59,864 nt of DNA from Syntrophales bacterium (GCA_030655775.1 JAUSPI010000186.1:1-59864), one strand, 5' to 3'; numbered from the stretch's first letter, positions 44,368 to 53,667 are shown. Program-made: numbers and translations. Notes: a model not told the origin generated them from the letters alone.

Positions 44368-44450
44368 CTAAAGTTTGAAGTGCCTAAAGTGATCTAAAGT
44401 TAAAGTGACCAAAATCCTTAACTTTAGGCACTTTAGTTCACTTTACACTT
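44363..44450. repeat. Family A compact hairpin overlapping the phoH stop
   Basis: agtgactaaagtttgaagtgcctaaagtgatctaaagttaaagtgacc ... ttaactttaggcactttagttcactttacactt. Confidence 0.75.
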
Positions 44451-44453
44451 CTT

Positions 44454-44563
44454 TGACCGGGAGCGCACCCGCAAGCCCCGCCTTGTAGGCGGGGTAAGGG
44501 GCGCAATATAAAACAAACATATTCCTTACCGGGAAGCTCCGCCCTGTGGGCGGGGAGCTTCAC
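44454..44563 (-). repeat. Family C element, copy C3 (reverse orientation)
   Basis: tgaccgggagcgcacccgcaagccccgccttgtaggcggggtaaggggcgcaatataaaacaaacatattccttaccgggaagctccgccctgtgggcggggagcttcac. Confidence 0.85.
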
Positions 44564-44591
44564 TTTAGGCACTTTAGCTCACTTTTATCTT

Positions 44592-46916
44592 ATGAAGACA
44601 CTTGCGAACGAACTTTTCACAAAGGTAAAAAAAAGTGCAGCCCAAAGTGGGCTCATGCTCAGATTTACCAGAAACATTCTGCTTCAGAGATGGGTAACTG
44701 TAATCTGTATGAGCTTGCTTCTCTCTTTACTTCTCACACCCCATATTCATTTCATACATCCAACATATAAAGTCGCTTCTATTGCCACCAAAAACATAAG
44801 GGCTGACCGTGATTTCCTGGTTGAAGACAGAGCGTCAACCGAACAGAAAAAAATGGAGGCGATTGAAAACATAAAACCTGTCTATGACTATGACAGAGAT
44901 ATCCCTTTGGCTCTCGGAATGAATATAGCGAGGGCATTTACATCGATGGAAGAAAAATATTGCGAGATCAATGAAGAAAACTCTCATGAAAATAAACAGG
45001 CTATCTTAAAAAAAGCTAAAAAAGAATTCGAAGAAACATTGGGAACAGTTCTTACAGTCAGCGAATTTAATGTTCTCAGTAAGTACAATTTTTCATTCGA
45101 CGTATGCAATGACATTGTGAAGCTGATCTACTCCACCTACAATAACAACTTGATAAGTCAGGGGCTCCCTTCAAAAAGGGAGAAAGATACCGGTATTATT
45201 GTCAGGAATGTAAAGACGCAAAACGAGAAAGAAATAAAGGATCTCTCTTCGATCTTCAATATAAAGGAAGCAGGGGCGCTACTGCGAAAACAGTCAAGGA
45301 TAGACCTTGACAATCAAAAAACTGGAATTGAAAAAGTTGCTGTTTCATTAACAAAAAGGCTGATCCGGCCAAACCTCACCTTCAACAAAAATGAGATAGA
45401 AAAAAGAAAGCAGATCATTTTAGACAATGTGAAACATGTGTACTCCAAGGTACAGAAAAATGAGATGATTATTCGTGAAGGAGAAAAGATCACCCCTGCC
45501 GCCCTGGAGAAGCTTGAAGCCTTTTTCAAGGTACAGGAGGGGAAAAGGCTCGTAGATTACTCCGCGTTTCTGGGAATGTTCCTCATAATTATCATCCTCT
45601 CCATCACATTCTACTATATGTCTAAAAACCGGCTAACAACCCTTGGAAAAACCAACGTGGATATCTTATTTCTGGGAACCACGTTAATTCTCCAGATACT
45701 CCTAATAAGGGCAGGAATCTTCACGTCTGAATCGATAACCCGTGTTTTCACCTTCATTCCTGCCGACGCAGGTTTTTATGCCATACCTTTTACGGTGGGT
45801 GCCATGCTCATCACGGTTCATCTCAGCAGGAGCATTGCGACCATCTTTTCTGTTTTTTCTTCGTATCTTGCAACTTTTCTCTTTAATGAAAAGATGGCCT
45901 TCTTCCTCTTTTCCTTTCTTGGAAGTGTAGTAGCAATCAACTACCTGGTTCACTGCAAGCAGCGTACCGTATTTCTTAAAGCCGGCTTATTGGTGGGCAT
46001 GATTAACATTATTGTTATTACATGCCTCGCTCTACTCACGGGCAACACATTCTCTGCGGATACACTTATAAAACTGGCCATGGGAATCATCGGTGGTGTA
46101 GTTTCAGGGATAATTGTAGCGGGAATTGCCCCGCTGTTTGAAAGCCTCTTCGGTTACACCACCGACATAAAGCTTCTTGAACTTGCCAACCTCAATCAAC
46201 CTGTCTTTCAACAGATGATTATCAAGGCACCGGGAACGTATCACCACAGCATAATAGTGGCATCAATGGTAGAAGCCGCCGCCGAGGCCATTGGTGTAAA
46301 CTCACTCTTAGCCAAGGTGGGCGCTTACTATCACGACATAGGTAAGATGAAAAAATCCCCTTACTTTATAGAAAATCAACGAAACGGGGAAAACAAACAT
46401 GACAAACTCTCACCCAAAATGAGCAGCCTAATCATTATCTCACATGTCAAAAACGGATGTGAGCTGGCTAACAAATATAAGCTTGGAAAACCAATCACGG
46501 ACATCATAAAGGAACATCATGGAACAGGTCTTGTCAGCTACTTTTATGAAAAGGCAAAGAAGGACAGTAACTCTTCCATCCGGTCAATACCGGAAAGTGA
46601 TTTCAGATATTCCGGGCCAAAACCTCAAACAAGGGAAGCCGGGCTCGTTTTGCTTGGTGATGTAGTAGAAGCATCATCGCGTATGCTGACAAACCCGACA
46701 CCCTCAAGAATAAGAGCTCTCGTTAAGGAAAGATTCGCACAGGTTCTTGCTGATGGACAGCTTGATGAATGCAAGCTTACGTTGTCTGATCTTAATGGAA
46801 TTTCTGAGAGTTTCATCAGGATTCTAAACGGCATATTCCATCAGAGGATAGACTATCCCCAACCAGTAATCAAAAAAAATGACAAAGTGAGACCCTTTAA
46901 AAAAGTCTCACTTTAA
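44592..46916 (+). CDS. 7TM-HD (PgpH-like) membrane phosphohydrolase
   Basis: 774 aa with an extracellular N-domain, a 7-TM block, and a C-terminal HD domain (HHSIIVA, YHDIGK). Confidence 0.9.
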   Translation: MKTLANELFTKVKKSAAQSGLMLRFTRNILLQRWVTVICMSLLLSLLLTPHIHFIHPTYKVASIATKNIRADRDFLVEDRASTEQKKMEAIENIKPVYDYDRDIPLALGMNIARAFTSMEEKYCEINEENSHENKQAILKKAKKEFEETLGTVLTVSEFNVLSKYNFSFDVCNDIVKLIYSTYNNNLISQGLPSKREKDTGIIVRNVKTQNEKEIKDLSSIFNIKEAGALLRKQSRIDLDNQKTGIEKVAVSLTKRLIRPNLTFNKNEIEKRKQIILDNVKHVYSKVQKNEMIIREGEKITPAALEKLEAFFKVQEGKRLVDYSAFLGMFLIIIILSITFYYMSKNRLTTLGKTNVDILFLGTTLILQILLIRAGIFTSESITRVFTFIPADAGFYAIPFTVGAMLITVHLSRSIATIFSVFSSYLATFLFNEKMAFFLFSFLGSVVAINYLVHCKQRTVFLKAGLLVGMINIIVITCLALLTGNTFSADTLIKLAMGIIGGVVSGIIVAGIAPLFESLFGYTTDIKLLELANLNQPVFQQMIIKAPGTYHHSIIVASMVEAAAEAIGVNSLLAKVGAYYHDIGKMKKSPYFIENQRNGENKHDKLSPKMSSLIIISHVKNGCELANKYKLGKPITDIIKEHHGTGLVSYFYEKAKKDSNSSIRSIPESDFRYSGPKPQTREAGLVLLGDVVEASSRMLTNPTPSRIRALVKERFAQVLADGQLDECKLTLSDLNGISESFIRILNGIFHQRIDYPQPVIKKNDKVRPFKKVSL

Positions 46917-46923
46917 GAGAATA

Positions 46924-47373
46924 ATGGCAGTACTTATAAAAAACAGTCAAAAAAAAATAGTGATAGATTTTGAGCGAGTGCGCCAGGCCCTGCACGATAT
47001 ATTGGAAAATCTTGATTGTCAGGATAAAGAGATAAGCTTTCTTTTTGTCGATGACGACGGCATACGGGAAATCAATAAAAAATATCTGGGCAGAGATTAC
47101 CCCACCAACGTCATCGCATTCTCCATGACTGAGGGTGAATTTGGTGACATTAGTCCCGATATGCTTGGTGATGTCATCATCTCGGTAGAAACAGCTTTAA
47201 AAGATGCAAGGAGCGCTAATATTGAATTTGAGGAAGAGCTGGATTTTCTCGTGATTCACGGTATTCTTCATCTTCTCGGGTATGATCACGAGACATCCGA
47301 GGCAGACGCAAAGCGGATGAAAAAGAAAGAAGAGGAACTGTTCTTCGCGTTGAATAATTATCTGATTGAGTAA
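46924..47373 (+). CDS. ybeY: rRNA maturation endoribonuclease YbeY
   Basis: HGILHLLGYDHE zinc motif, 149 aa. Confidence 0.95.
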   Translation: MAVLIKNSQKKIVIDFERVRQALHDILENLDCQDKEISFLFVDDDGIREINKKYLGRDYPTNVIAFSMTEGEFGDISPDMLGDVIISVETALKDARSANIEFEEELDFLVIHGILHLLGYDHETSEADAKRMKKKEEELFFALNNYLIE

Positions 47374-47375
47374 GC

Positions 47376-47438
47376 GCCGGCTTTAGCCGGCAGCTTTAGG
47401 CACAAAGGAATATTTCTCTACTTTTTTCCTTTGTGCCT
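47376..47438. terminator. two consecutive hairpins between convergent ybeY and the MltD-like gene
   Basis: gccggc-ttta-gccggc (47376-47391) and aggcacaaagga-N17-tcctttgtgcct (47398-47438). Confidence 0.45.
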
Positions 47439-47466
47439 CTGTGCCTTAGTCACTTTGTGCCTTAAA

Positions 47467-49215
47467 TTACCTTTCCACAATTATGATCTGGCCGGGATAA
47501 ATTCTCTCAGTAAGACTGAGACTGTTCATTCCTAAAAGTGAATTTAAACTGATATTATGTCTCCTGGCAATCCTGTCAAGACTGTCTCCCCTGCGAACCG
47601 TATAGATCCCGGTTGCAGTACGACTCTTAATTTTGATTATCTGACCGACACTAAGCCTGTTGCTGCGAAGATTATTAACCCCTTTTATCTCGGAGATGGT
47701 CGTATCGAAATGTCTTGCCATAAGCCACAGAGAATCCCCTCGTTTCACCTTGTATTTAACGACTTTACCGGGTAAAGGTCTCTTGCTAATACTCTTAATC
47801 CTGAGACGTTCCTCTGATTTCGGCTGGATATAGCCGTAACCGCGGGCCGGAATTCTCAGATGCTGTCCCTCCCTGATTTTATGGCTGCTTTTCAAACGGT
47901 TATAGGCGACAATAGCCCGCACAGAACTCTTATACTTATCCGCAATAACAGAAATGGACTCTCCGGGTTTTACCCTGTGCTTCACAAAGGCCGGACGGGG
48001 AACTGTCGATTCAGGGATTTCATTGGCGACAAGTGCAAACCGTTCTGCTACTTCGGGAGGAACTTTCAAATCATATTTTCTGTCAGGTGTAAGATTATAC
48101 CTGAGTTCCGGATTGAGCGACGTTAATGTCTCTTTTGGAATATTGAGGCACAGGGCAATGTCCTGCAATCGCATACACTTGCTCGTCTCAACCAGTTTAT
48201 AACAGAGCGGTTTTTCTAAATTATCACTCAGATCTATCCCATATTTGTCCGGATCCTTAATGATATGAAGCGTTGCCAGGAAACGGGGAACATACCGTGC
48301 AGTTTCATAAGGCAGCTGTCGGTAAAGATCCCAGAAATTATCCAAATAATTAACATGCTGTCTTGATATGGCTTTTAGAACCCTTCCTTCACCACAATTG
48401 TAAGCAGCAAGCACGGTCATCCAGTCACCAAATATTCCATGTAGCTCTTTAAGATATGCAATGGCTGCTTTTGTTGATTTTACCACATCCATCCGTTCAT
48501 CGACGAAGCTGTCACGTTTGAGACCGAATTTATACCCTGTCGAGGGAATGAATTGCCACAGTCCGAGGGCACGGGCCCTTGAAAGTGCCTTGACTTTGAA
48601 TCCACTCTCAACCAGCGGCAGCCAGGAGAGTTCTTCGGGTAATCCAGCCTCTTTCAAATAATCCAGGATGATTTGACGGTAGAGGCCGGAACGCTGATAA
48701 GACATGATAAAAAATTTCCGCTCTGAAGTCTGAAAAAGCTTAATTTCCTTTTTAATATCATCATTTATAGGGAGTGGTATTTCACTTTGATTTCCCGTTG
48801 CGACGGTGTGCATTGAGGCATAAATCTCCAGGATACGTTTCGATATCATGAAACGGAGATCATCTTTCTGCCTTGAAATATCCAGATCCCCGTCAACATC
48901 CAATATGAGATCATACGCCTTATCGAGCGACTTCAGGGCATTTTCAAGATCTCCTTTTTCCCAGAAATCCTGCGACTGACCGAGCAGATCAATTGCTTCA
49001 TCCATAGTTTCCTGCTTATGATTTTTGCTTTTTTGCTCGGGCGGACTTTTCTTAACCGCTACATCAGTTGCCGATTGTTCTTCACTAACAGCTACATCAG
49101 GAGAAGAACTCCGGGGAACATCCTGCGTGGATGATTTGTAAATTGTATGCATCGGATGGGAACAGGAGCACAAAACAAGTAGAATAATTGGTAACAATAT
49201 TTTTAATCGCGACAT
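47467..49215 (-). CDS. membrane-bound lytic murein transglycosylase with three LysM domains (MltD-like)
   Basis: Lipoprotein-like signal (LLVLCSC), an SLT domain (LVESGF...GLWQF), and three C-terminal LysM repeats. Confidence 0.9.
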   Translation of the reverse strand: MSRLKILLPIILLVLCSCSHPMHTIYKSSTQDVPRSSSPDVAVSEEQSATDVAVKKSPPEQKSKNHKQETMDEAIDLLGQSQDFWEKGDLENALKSLDKAYDLILDVDGDLDISRQKDDLRFMISKRILEIYASMHTVATGNQSEIPLPINDDIKKEIKLFQTSERKFFIMSYQRSGLYRQIILDYLKEAGLPEELSWLPLVESGFKVKALSRARALGLWQFIPSTGYKFGLKRDSFVDERMDVVKSTKAAIAYLKELHGIFGDWMTVLAAYNCGEGRVLKAISRQHVNYLDNFWDLYRQLPYETARYVPRFLATLHIIKDPDKYGIDLSDNLEKPLCYKLVETSKCMRLQDIALCLNIPKETLTSLNPELRYNLTPDRKYDLKVPPEVAERFALVANEIPESTVPRPAFVKHRVKPGESISVIADKYKSSVRAIVAYNRLKSSHKIREGQHLRIPARGYGYIQPKSEERLRIKSISKRPLPGKVVKYKVKRGDSLWLMARHFDTTISEIKGVNNLRSNRLSVGQIIKIKSRTATGIYTVRRGDSLDRIARRHNISLNSLLGMNSLSLTERIYPGQIIIVER

Positions 49216-49230
49216 CGAAAAGAACTCCTT

Positions 49231-49301
49231 AAGTTTAAGTGAACTAAAGCCGTTAAGTGCCTAAAGTTTGAAATGCCTAAAGTGAACTAAAGTTAATGAT
49301 G
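49231..49301. repeat. Family A left arm
   Basis: aagtttaagtgaactaaagccgttaagtgcctaaagtttgaaatgcctaaagtgaactaaagttaatgatg. Confidence 0.7.
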
Positions 49302-49431
49302 ATGCATTCGTAAAAAGTCAGTTTTTGTCACCCTGAATTTATTTCAGGGTCTTTAACTTACTGAACTGATTAGATCCTGAAACGAGTTCAGGATGACAAA
49401 TGGTGCAGTTTATAACTTTTTACGGGTACAT
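49302..49431 (+). mobile_element. Family B MITE, tandem copy 1
   Basis: atgcattcgtaaaaagtcag...ataactttttacgggtacat, flanked by taatgatg (49294-49301 and 49432-49439). Confidence 0.8.
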
Positions 49432-49439
49432 TAATGATG

Positions 49440-49569
49440 ATGCATTCGTAAAAAGTCAGTTTTTGTCACCCTGAATTTATTTCAGGGTCTCTAACTTGCT
49501 GAAATGTTTAGATCCTGAAACGAGTTCAGGATGACAAATGGTGCAGTTTATAACTTTTTACGGGTACAT
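49440..49569 (+). mobile_element. Family B MITE, tandem copy 2
   Basis: Same 130-nt unit with several internal substitutions, flanked by taatgatg (49432-49439 and 49570-49577). Confidence 0.8.
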
Positions 49570-49577
49570 TAATGATG

Positions 49578-49628
49578 CTTCTCCACAATTTTAGCTCACT
49601 TTAGTCACTTCAAACTTTAGGCACTTTT
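49578..49628. repeat. Family A right arm abutting the prfB stop
   Basis: ..ttttagctcactttagtcacttcaaactttaggcactttttt. Confidence 0.65.
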
Positions 49629-50718
49629 TTAACTCATAAGATAGGCATCTATAAAAACATCTATATTCCCATCCAGGACACTGTTGACATTACCTACCTC
49701 TACATTTGTCCTGTGATCCTTAATCATTTTATAGGGATGAAGTATGTAGGAGCGTATCTGGCTTCCCCAGGCAATTTCTTTTTTTGACTTGCTTATCTCA
49801 TTCAATTTTTCGTCCTGCTCCTCGCGTTTAAGCTCGTAAAGTCTTGATTTCAAAACCTTCATCGCCATAGCCCTGTTTTTATGCTGGGATCTTTCATTCT
49901 GACACTGGACAACAACTCCTGTGGGTATATGGGTAATTCTGACGGCGGAGTCAGTCTTATTAACGTGTTGTCCCCCAGCCCCGGTAGATCTGTATGTGTC
50001 TATTCTCAAGTCGTTTTCGTTAATTTCTACGATTATTTCATCATTCACTTCCGGACACACAAAGACAGATGCAAAAGAGGTATGCCTCCTTCCACCTGCA
50101 TCAAACGGTGATATCCGTACGAGCCTGTGTATCCCGACCTCTGCCCTCGCATATCCATAAGCATAGTCCCCCTCCAGGGTCATAGTAACACTCTTTATGC
50201 CTGCCTCATCACCCGGCTGGAAGTCAACGATATTTGTGGAGAATCCTCTCCTCTCAGCCCATCTAAGATACATCCGTAAAAGTATTTCAGCCCAGTCCTG
50301 TGCTTCAGTACCACCGGCACCGGCATGGATTGACATTATAGCGTTCAACGGATCCTGCTCACTTCCGAGCATGATCTTCAATTCTTCATCTTTTACTCTC
50401 GCCTCAAGTTTGTCAAGATCCTCCTTAATTTCCTTCAGTGTTTCCTCGTCATTCTCTTCACAAGCCATTTCAAAAAAAATTCCCAAATCTTCGATGGTAC
50501 TCTCGTACCGCTTCAGGTTCTCTACCACGGCTTCCAGCTTTGTCTTTTTCTTCAATATTTCTTTAGCCTTCTCAGGATCGCTCCAGAAATCTTCACCTGA
50601 AGAATGCTTTTCGAGCTTTTTTATTTCCACCTCTTTGCCGGCAACGTCAAAGACAACCTCTAAGGATATCGACTCTATTTTTTAAATCTTTTATAATCCC
50701 AGACAACTCTTCGATCAT
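49629..50718 (-). CDS. prfB: peptide chain release factor 2 (requires programmed +1 frameshift)
   Basis: Frame 0 runs MIEELSGIIKDLKNRVDILRGCL then TGA. After the +1 shift it reads DVAGKEVEIKKLEK... The SPF and GGQ motifs are present. Confidence 0.93.
50646..50652 (-). promoter_or_regulatory. prfB +1 frameshift site CTT TGA C with upstream SD-like AGAGG
   Basis: The minus strand reads ..cttAGAGGttgtCTTTGAC.., identical in logic to the classical RF2 autoregulatory site. Confidence 0.9.
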
Positions 50719-52255
50719 TTTCTTCTCTCCTCCTCAAAAGTGAACTGATAAATAACAAAAATAATAATAAAAAGCAAAAATAGGTAAATAAATCACCATA
50801 CCTTGAATAAAAGGTCTCACGGTCAAAAAACTGTACAGTTCCCGTCAGTACCGTTCTTTTGAACAATTCCGTCTTCAAAATGATCTCCCCTGTTGGTCCT
50901 ATTATGGCGCTTATCCCTGTATTGGCCGCCCTTGCAATAGAGACCCGGTTTTCAATCGCCCTGAACACGGTCATTGAAAGGTTCTGATAGGGAGCTGATG
51001 TCATGCCAAACCAGGCATCGTTCGTTATATTTACGAGCAGCGATACCCCGCTTCTCCCATACTCCCTGCTGATTTCAGGAAATATACTTTCAAAACATAT
51101 AAGGACACCTATCTTCTTTTCATCCATTAAAAGAGGATGAAATCCCTTGCCTGAACGAAAGTCCCCTACACCAGGCACCAATTTCCCCAGAAAGGAAAAC
51201 AAAGAGCTAAATGGCACATATTCACCATAAGGAACCAGATGGACCTTATCATATTTTCCGGTAACGCTACCTTCCGGCGATATCATATAGGCACTATTAA
51301 AATAGTATGTACTGCCCTCTTTCTTTTCAAAACCAGGGCTCCCGAAGAGGAGATAAGCATTTGACTTTTTTGCAACGTCCAGGACATCCATGTGTTTATC
51401 ATCTATGTCTTGGAAAAAAAAGGGGGTGGCAGTCTCAGGCCAGATAATCAATTCCGGTTTTGATTGTAGCGCCCCAAAGGACAAATCTCTGTATATATCC
51501 AGAGTCTTCCTTTGATACTTCACATCCCACTTTATGCTCTGATCAATATTCCCCTGAATAAGTGCAACTTTACTCGATTTAACACCCTTTAAGGTCTCTT
51601 TCAAGTCAACGACACGTAACATACCATAACATAAAATGAGCGCGACCAGAACACTTCCAATCAATACTTCAAATAAAACTTTTCTTTTATCATTACGGTT
51701 AAATATCAAGTCATAAAACACACAATTTATGAAAACCACCACAAAAGATATCCCGTATATGCCAGTTACATCGACAATCTGAATCAGAAAGGTGTTAAGA
51801 TACTGAGAATAGGCAAGGTTTTCCCATGGAAATCCCGTAAAAAGGTGTGATTTACCATATTCAAGACATGTCCACAACAATGGCGCCGAGACTATCTCTG
51901 GTATCCCTCTTCTTCCAAAGAAAACCACCCCGGCAGAAAAAAGGGAAACATACATGCTCAAACAGACCGCAAGGAGCAGCATGACAGAAACGCCAAGGTA
52001 AAAAGGAAGATAACCATACCTTACGACCACAAAGGCGATCCAGTAGATTATGCCGATATTGTATACAAGACCTGCAATAAGGCCAAGTATAAAACCTTCT
52101 GAAGGGGTTTTCCCCCTGAGAGCATATAAAAGGGGTATAAGCGAAAACCAGACAAAAATCCCCAGCCCAAACTTAGGAAAGGAAAGAAAGAGGAGGATTC
52201 CTGAAGCTATAGATAGAGCTAAATTAACGGGCGTCAGGACCCTGTTATCAGGCAT
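50675..52255 (-). CDS. lnt: apolipoprotein N-acyltransferase
   Basis: 526 aa with an N-terminal polytopic domain plus a CN-hydrolase domain. Its 3' end overlaps the prfB start by 44 nt. Confidence 0.9.
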   Translation of the reverse strand: MPDNRVLTPVNLALSIASGILLFLSFPKFGLGIFVWFSLIPLLYALRGKTPSEGFILGLIAGLVYNIGIIYWIAFVVVRYGYLPFYLGVSVMLLLAVCLSMYVSLFSAGVVFFGRRGIPEIVSAPLLWTCLEYGKSHLFTGFPWENLAYSQYLNTFLIQIVDVTGIYGISFVVVFINCVFYDLIFNRNDKRKVLFEVLIGSVLVALILCYGMLRVVDLKETLKGVKSSKVALIQGNIDQSIKWDVKYQRKTLDIYRDLSFGALQSKPELIIWPETATPFFFQDIDDKHMDVLDVAKKSNAYLLFGSPGFEKKEGSTYYFNSAYMISPEGSVTGKYDKVHLVPYGEYVPFSSLFSFLGKLVPGVGDFRSGKGFHPLLMDEKKIGVLICFESIFPEISREYGRSGVSLLVNITNDAWFGMTSAPYQNLSMTVFRAIENRVSIARAANTGISAIIGPTGEIILKTELFKRTVLTGTVQFFDRETFYSRYGDLFTYFCFLLLFLLFISSLLRRREENDRRVVWDYKRFKK

Positions 52256-52289
52256 TATTTCCTATGAACCTCCACCAACTTCCAGGTAT

Positions 52290-52415
52290 CGTCACTTCTT
52301 GAACTGAACAGCGAGCACACTCCCCGCTGCTTGCAGCGGGGTTAGCGAGCGAATAAAATCAACAATTTTCCTTAACAGTCGGAGATTCCCCGCAGCTTGC
52401 TGCGGGGAGCTTCAA
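52290..52415 (+). repeat. Family D two-hairpin element, copy D2 (intercistronic, between corC and lnt)
   Basis: See D1. Hairpins ccccgctgcttgcagcgggg and ccccgcagcttgctgcgggg. Ends ggggagcttcaa, 2 nt before the corC stop. Confidence 0.8.
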
Positions 52416-52417
52416 AC

Positions 52418-53332
52418 TTACTCCTTACTGCCTACTTTTTTACCGTCTTCCTTTACCTTCTTTATCTTTACCTTCTTTATGCTTCTCTCATCAGCCGATT
52501 CGATTATCATCTCAAAACCATCATGATAAACAACCTCTCCAGCAACTGGAATCTTTTCGATTATATGTAAGATCAATCCGCCCAGGGTCTCAAACTTTCC
52601 TGCCGGAATCTCCATGCCAAAATATTCTTCAACCTCTTCAATCTCTACTCTGCTGTCTACAAGTACGTAACCATCTGGAAGTTCGGTTATTTCTTTCTCT
52701 TTTACATCATGTTCGTCATGAATTTCCCCGACAATCTCCTCTATCAAATCTTCCAGGGTAACGAGACCGGATGTCCCTCCATACTCATCAATAACGATAG
52801 CCATGTGATACTTTCTCTGCTGCAGTTCATGGAGAAGAAAGTGTATGTTTTTTGTTTCAGGTATATAGTAAGGCTTCCTCAGGTTTGAAAGAACATCTAC
52901 TTCGGAAACCTGTCGCGACCAGAATTTCAAAAGGTCCTTTACATTCAATATTCCGATAATATTATCCACACTGCCGCTATAGACAGGCACCCTTGTATGA
53001 CCATGCTTCATAATAAGATCAAGAATTTCCTCTATTGCGGCATCATTGCTTATCGCAATCATCTCCGTCCTCGGAATCATGACCTCGCGAACAAGGGTAT
53101 CTCTAAAATCAAGGATACTCTGTATCATTTCGCCAGACCGCTGGTCTATCAGACCCTTCTCCTCGCCCTCATCGATGATAGATTGTATTTCTTTCTCCAG
53201 ATGCGAGTGATCTTTCTTGAGCAAGAGCCCCTTAATCCAGACTTTAAATTTTTTACTAAAAATAATAATGCTCTCCTTTAAAATTCCAGTCCACTTTATA
53301 CCAGGACGGAGGAAAAGGCAAGCGCTTAACAA
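52418..53332 (-). CDS. corC: CBS-pair / CorC_HlyC domain protein (CorC/YbeX-like)
   Basis: CBS pair plus a C-terminal transporter-associated domain. Start uncertain: TTG at 53332, or a non-canonical ATT downstream of an AAGGAG SD near 53270. Confidence 0.8.
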   Translation of the reverse strand: MLSACLFLRPGIKWTGILKESIIIFSKKFKVWIKGLLLKKDHSHLEKEIQSIIDEGEEKGLIDQRSGEMIQSILDFRDTLVREVMIPRTEMIAISNDAAIEEILDLIMKHGHTRVPVYSGSVDNIIGILNVKDLLKFWSRQVSEVDVLSNLRKPYYIPETKNIHFLLHELQQRKYHMAIVIDEYGGTSGLVTLEDLIEEIVGEIHDEHDVKEKEITELPDGYVLVDSRVEIEEVEEYFGMEIPAGKFETLGGLILHIIEKIPVAGEVVYHDGFEMIIESADERSIKKVKIKKVKEDGKKVGSKE

Positions 53333-53394
53333 GGTTTACGGCTATAATATCTCTGGAAGCATAAATTGATAGAACAGGAGACGATGTCTTGATT

Positions 53395-53411
53395 CTGTTA
53401 TCTGATAACAG
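53395..53411. promoter_or_regulatory. 17-bp perfect palindrome CTGTTATC-T-GATAACAG (candidate operator)
   Basis: Read directly from the divergent corC / GAPDH-like intergenic region. Confidence 0.3.
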
Positions 53412-53438
53412 CTTTACAAGCAGGCACTACATTTTGCA

Positions 53439-53630
53439 GTGAAGCTCCTCGCCCACAGGGCGGAGCTTCCCGGTAAGGAAATCGAAGATTCATGAGCCGA
53501 AGGCAAATCAATCGAAGATTCATGAGCAAAGCGAATAATCGGAGATAGTGAGCTATTGCGAATAATATATTCCTTTTATATTGCGCCCCTTACCCCGCCA
53601 GGGCGGGACTTGCGGGTGCGCTCCCGGTCA
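53439..53630 (+). repeat. Family C element, copy C4, with ~85-nt internal insertion
   Basis: Ends match C2. The interior 53481-53566 contains the direct repeat atcgaagattcatgagc (53481-53497 and 53511-53527) and gcgaataat twice. Confidence 0.8.
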
Positions 53631-53637
53631 ATTTTTC

Positions 53638-53667
53638 TTGACACAAAAGGACATTTCGCTCTATATT
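53638..53667 (+). promoter_or_regulatory. putative promoter of the GAPDH-like gene
   Basis: TTGACA (53638-53643), 18-nt spacer, TATATT (53662-53667). Lies immediately after the C4 end. Confidence 0.4.

Noticed and set aside
53395-53411. The palindrome as a LexA SOS box
   Set aside because: The spacing is CTGT-N9-ACAG rather than N8, and the lineages this genome resembles use different LexA motifs. It is kept only as a generic candidate operator.
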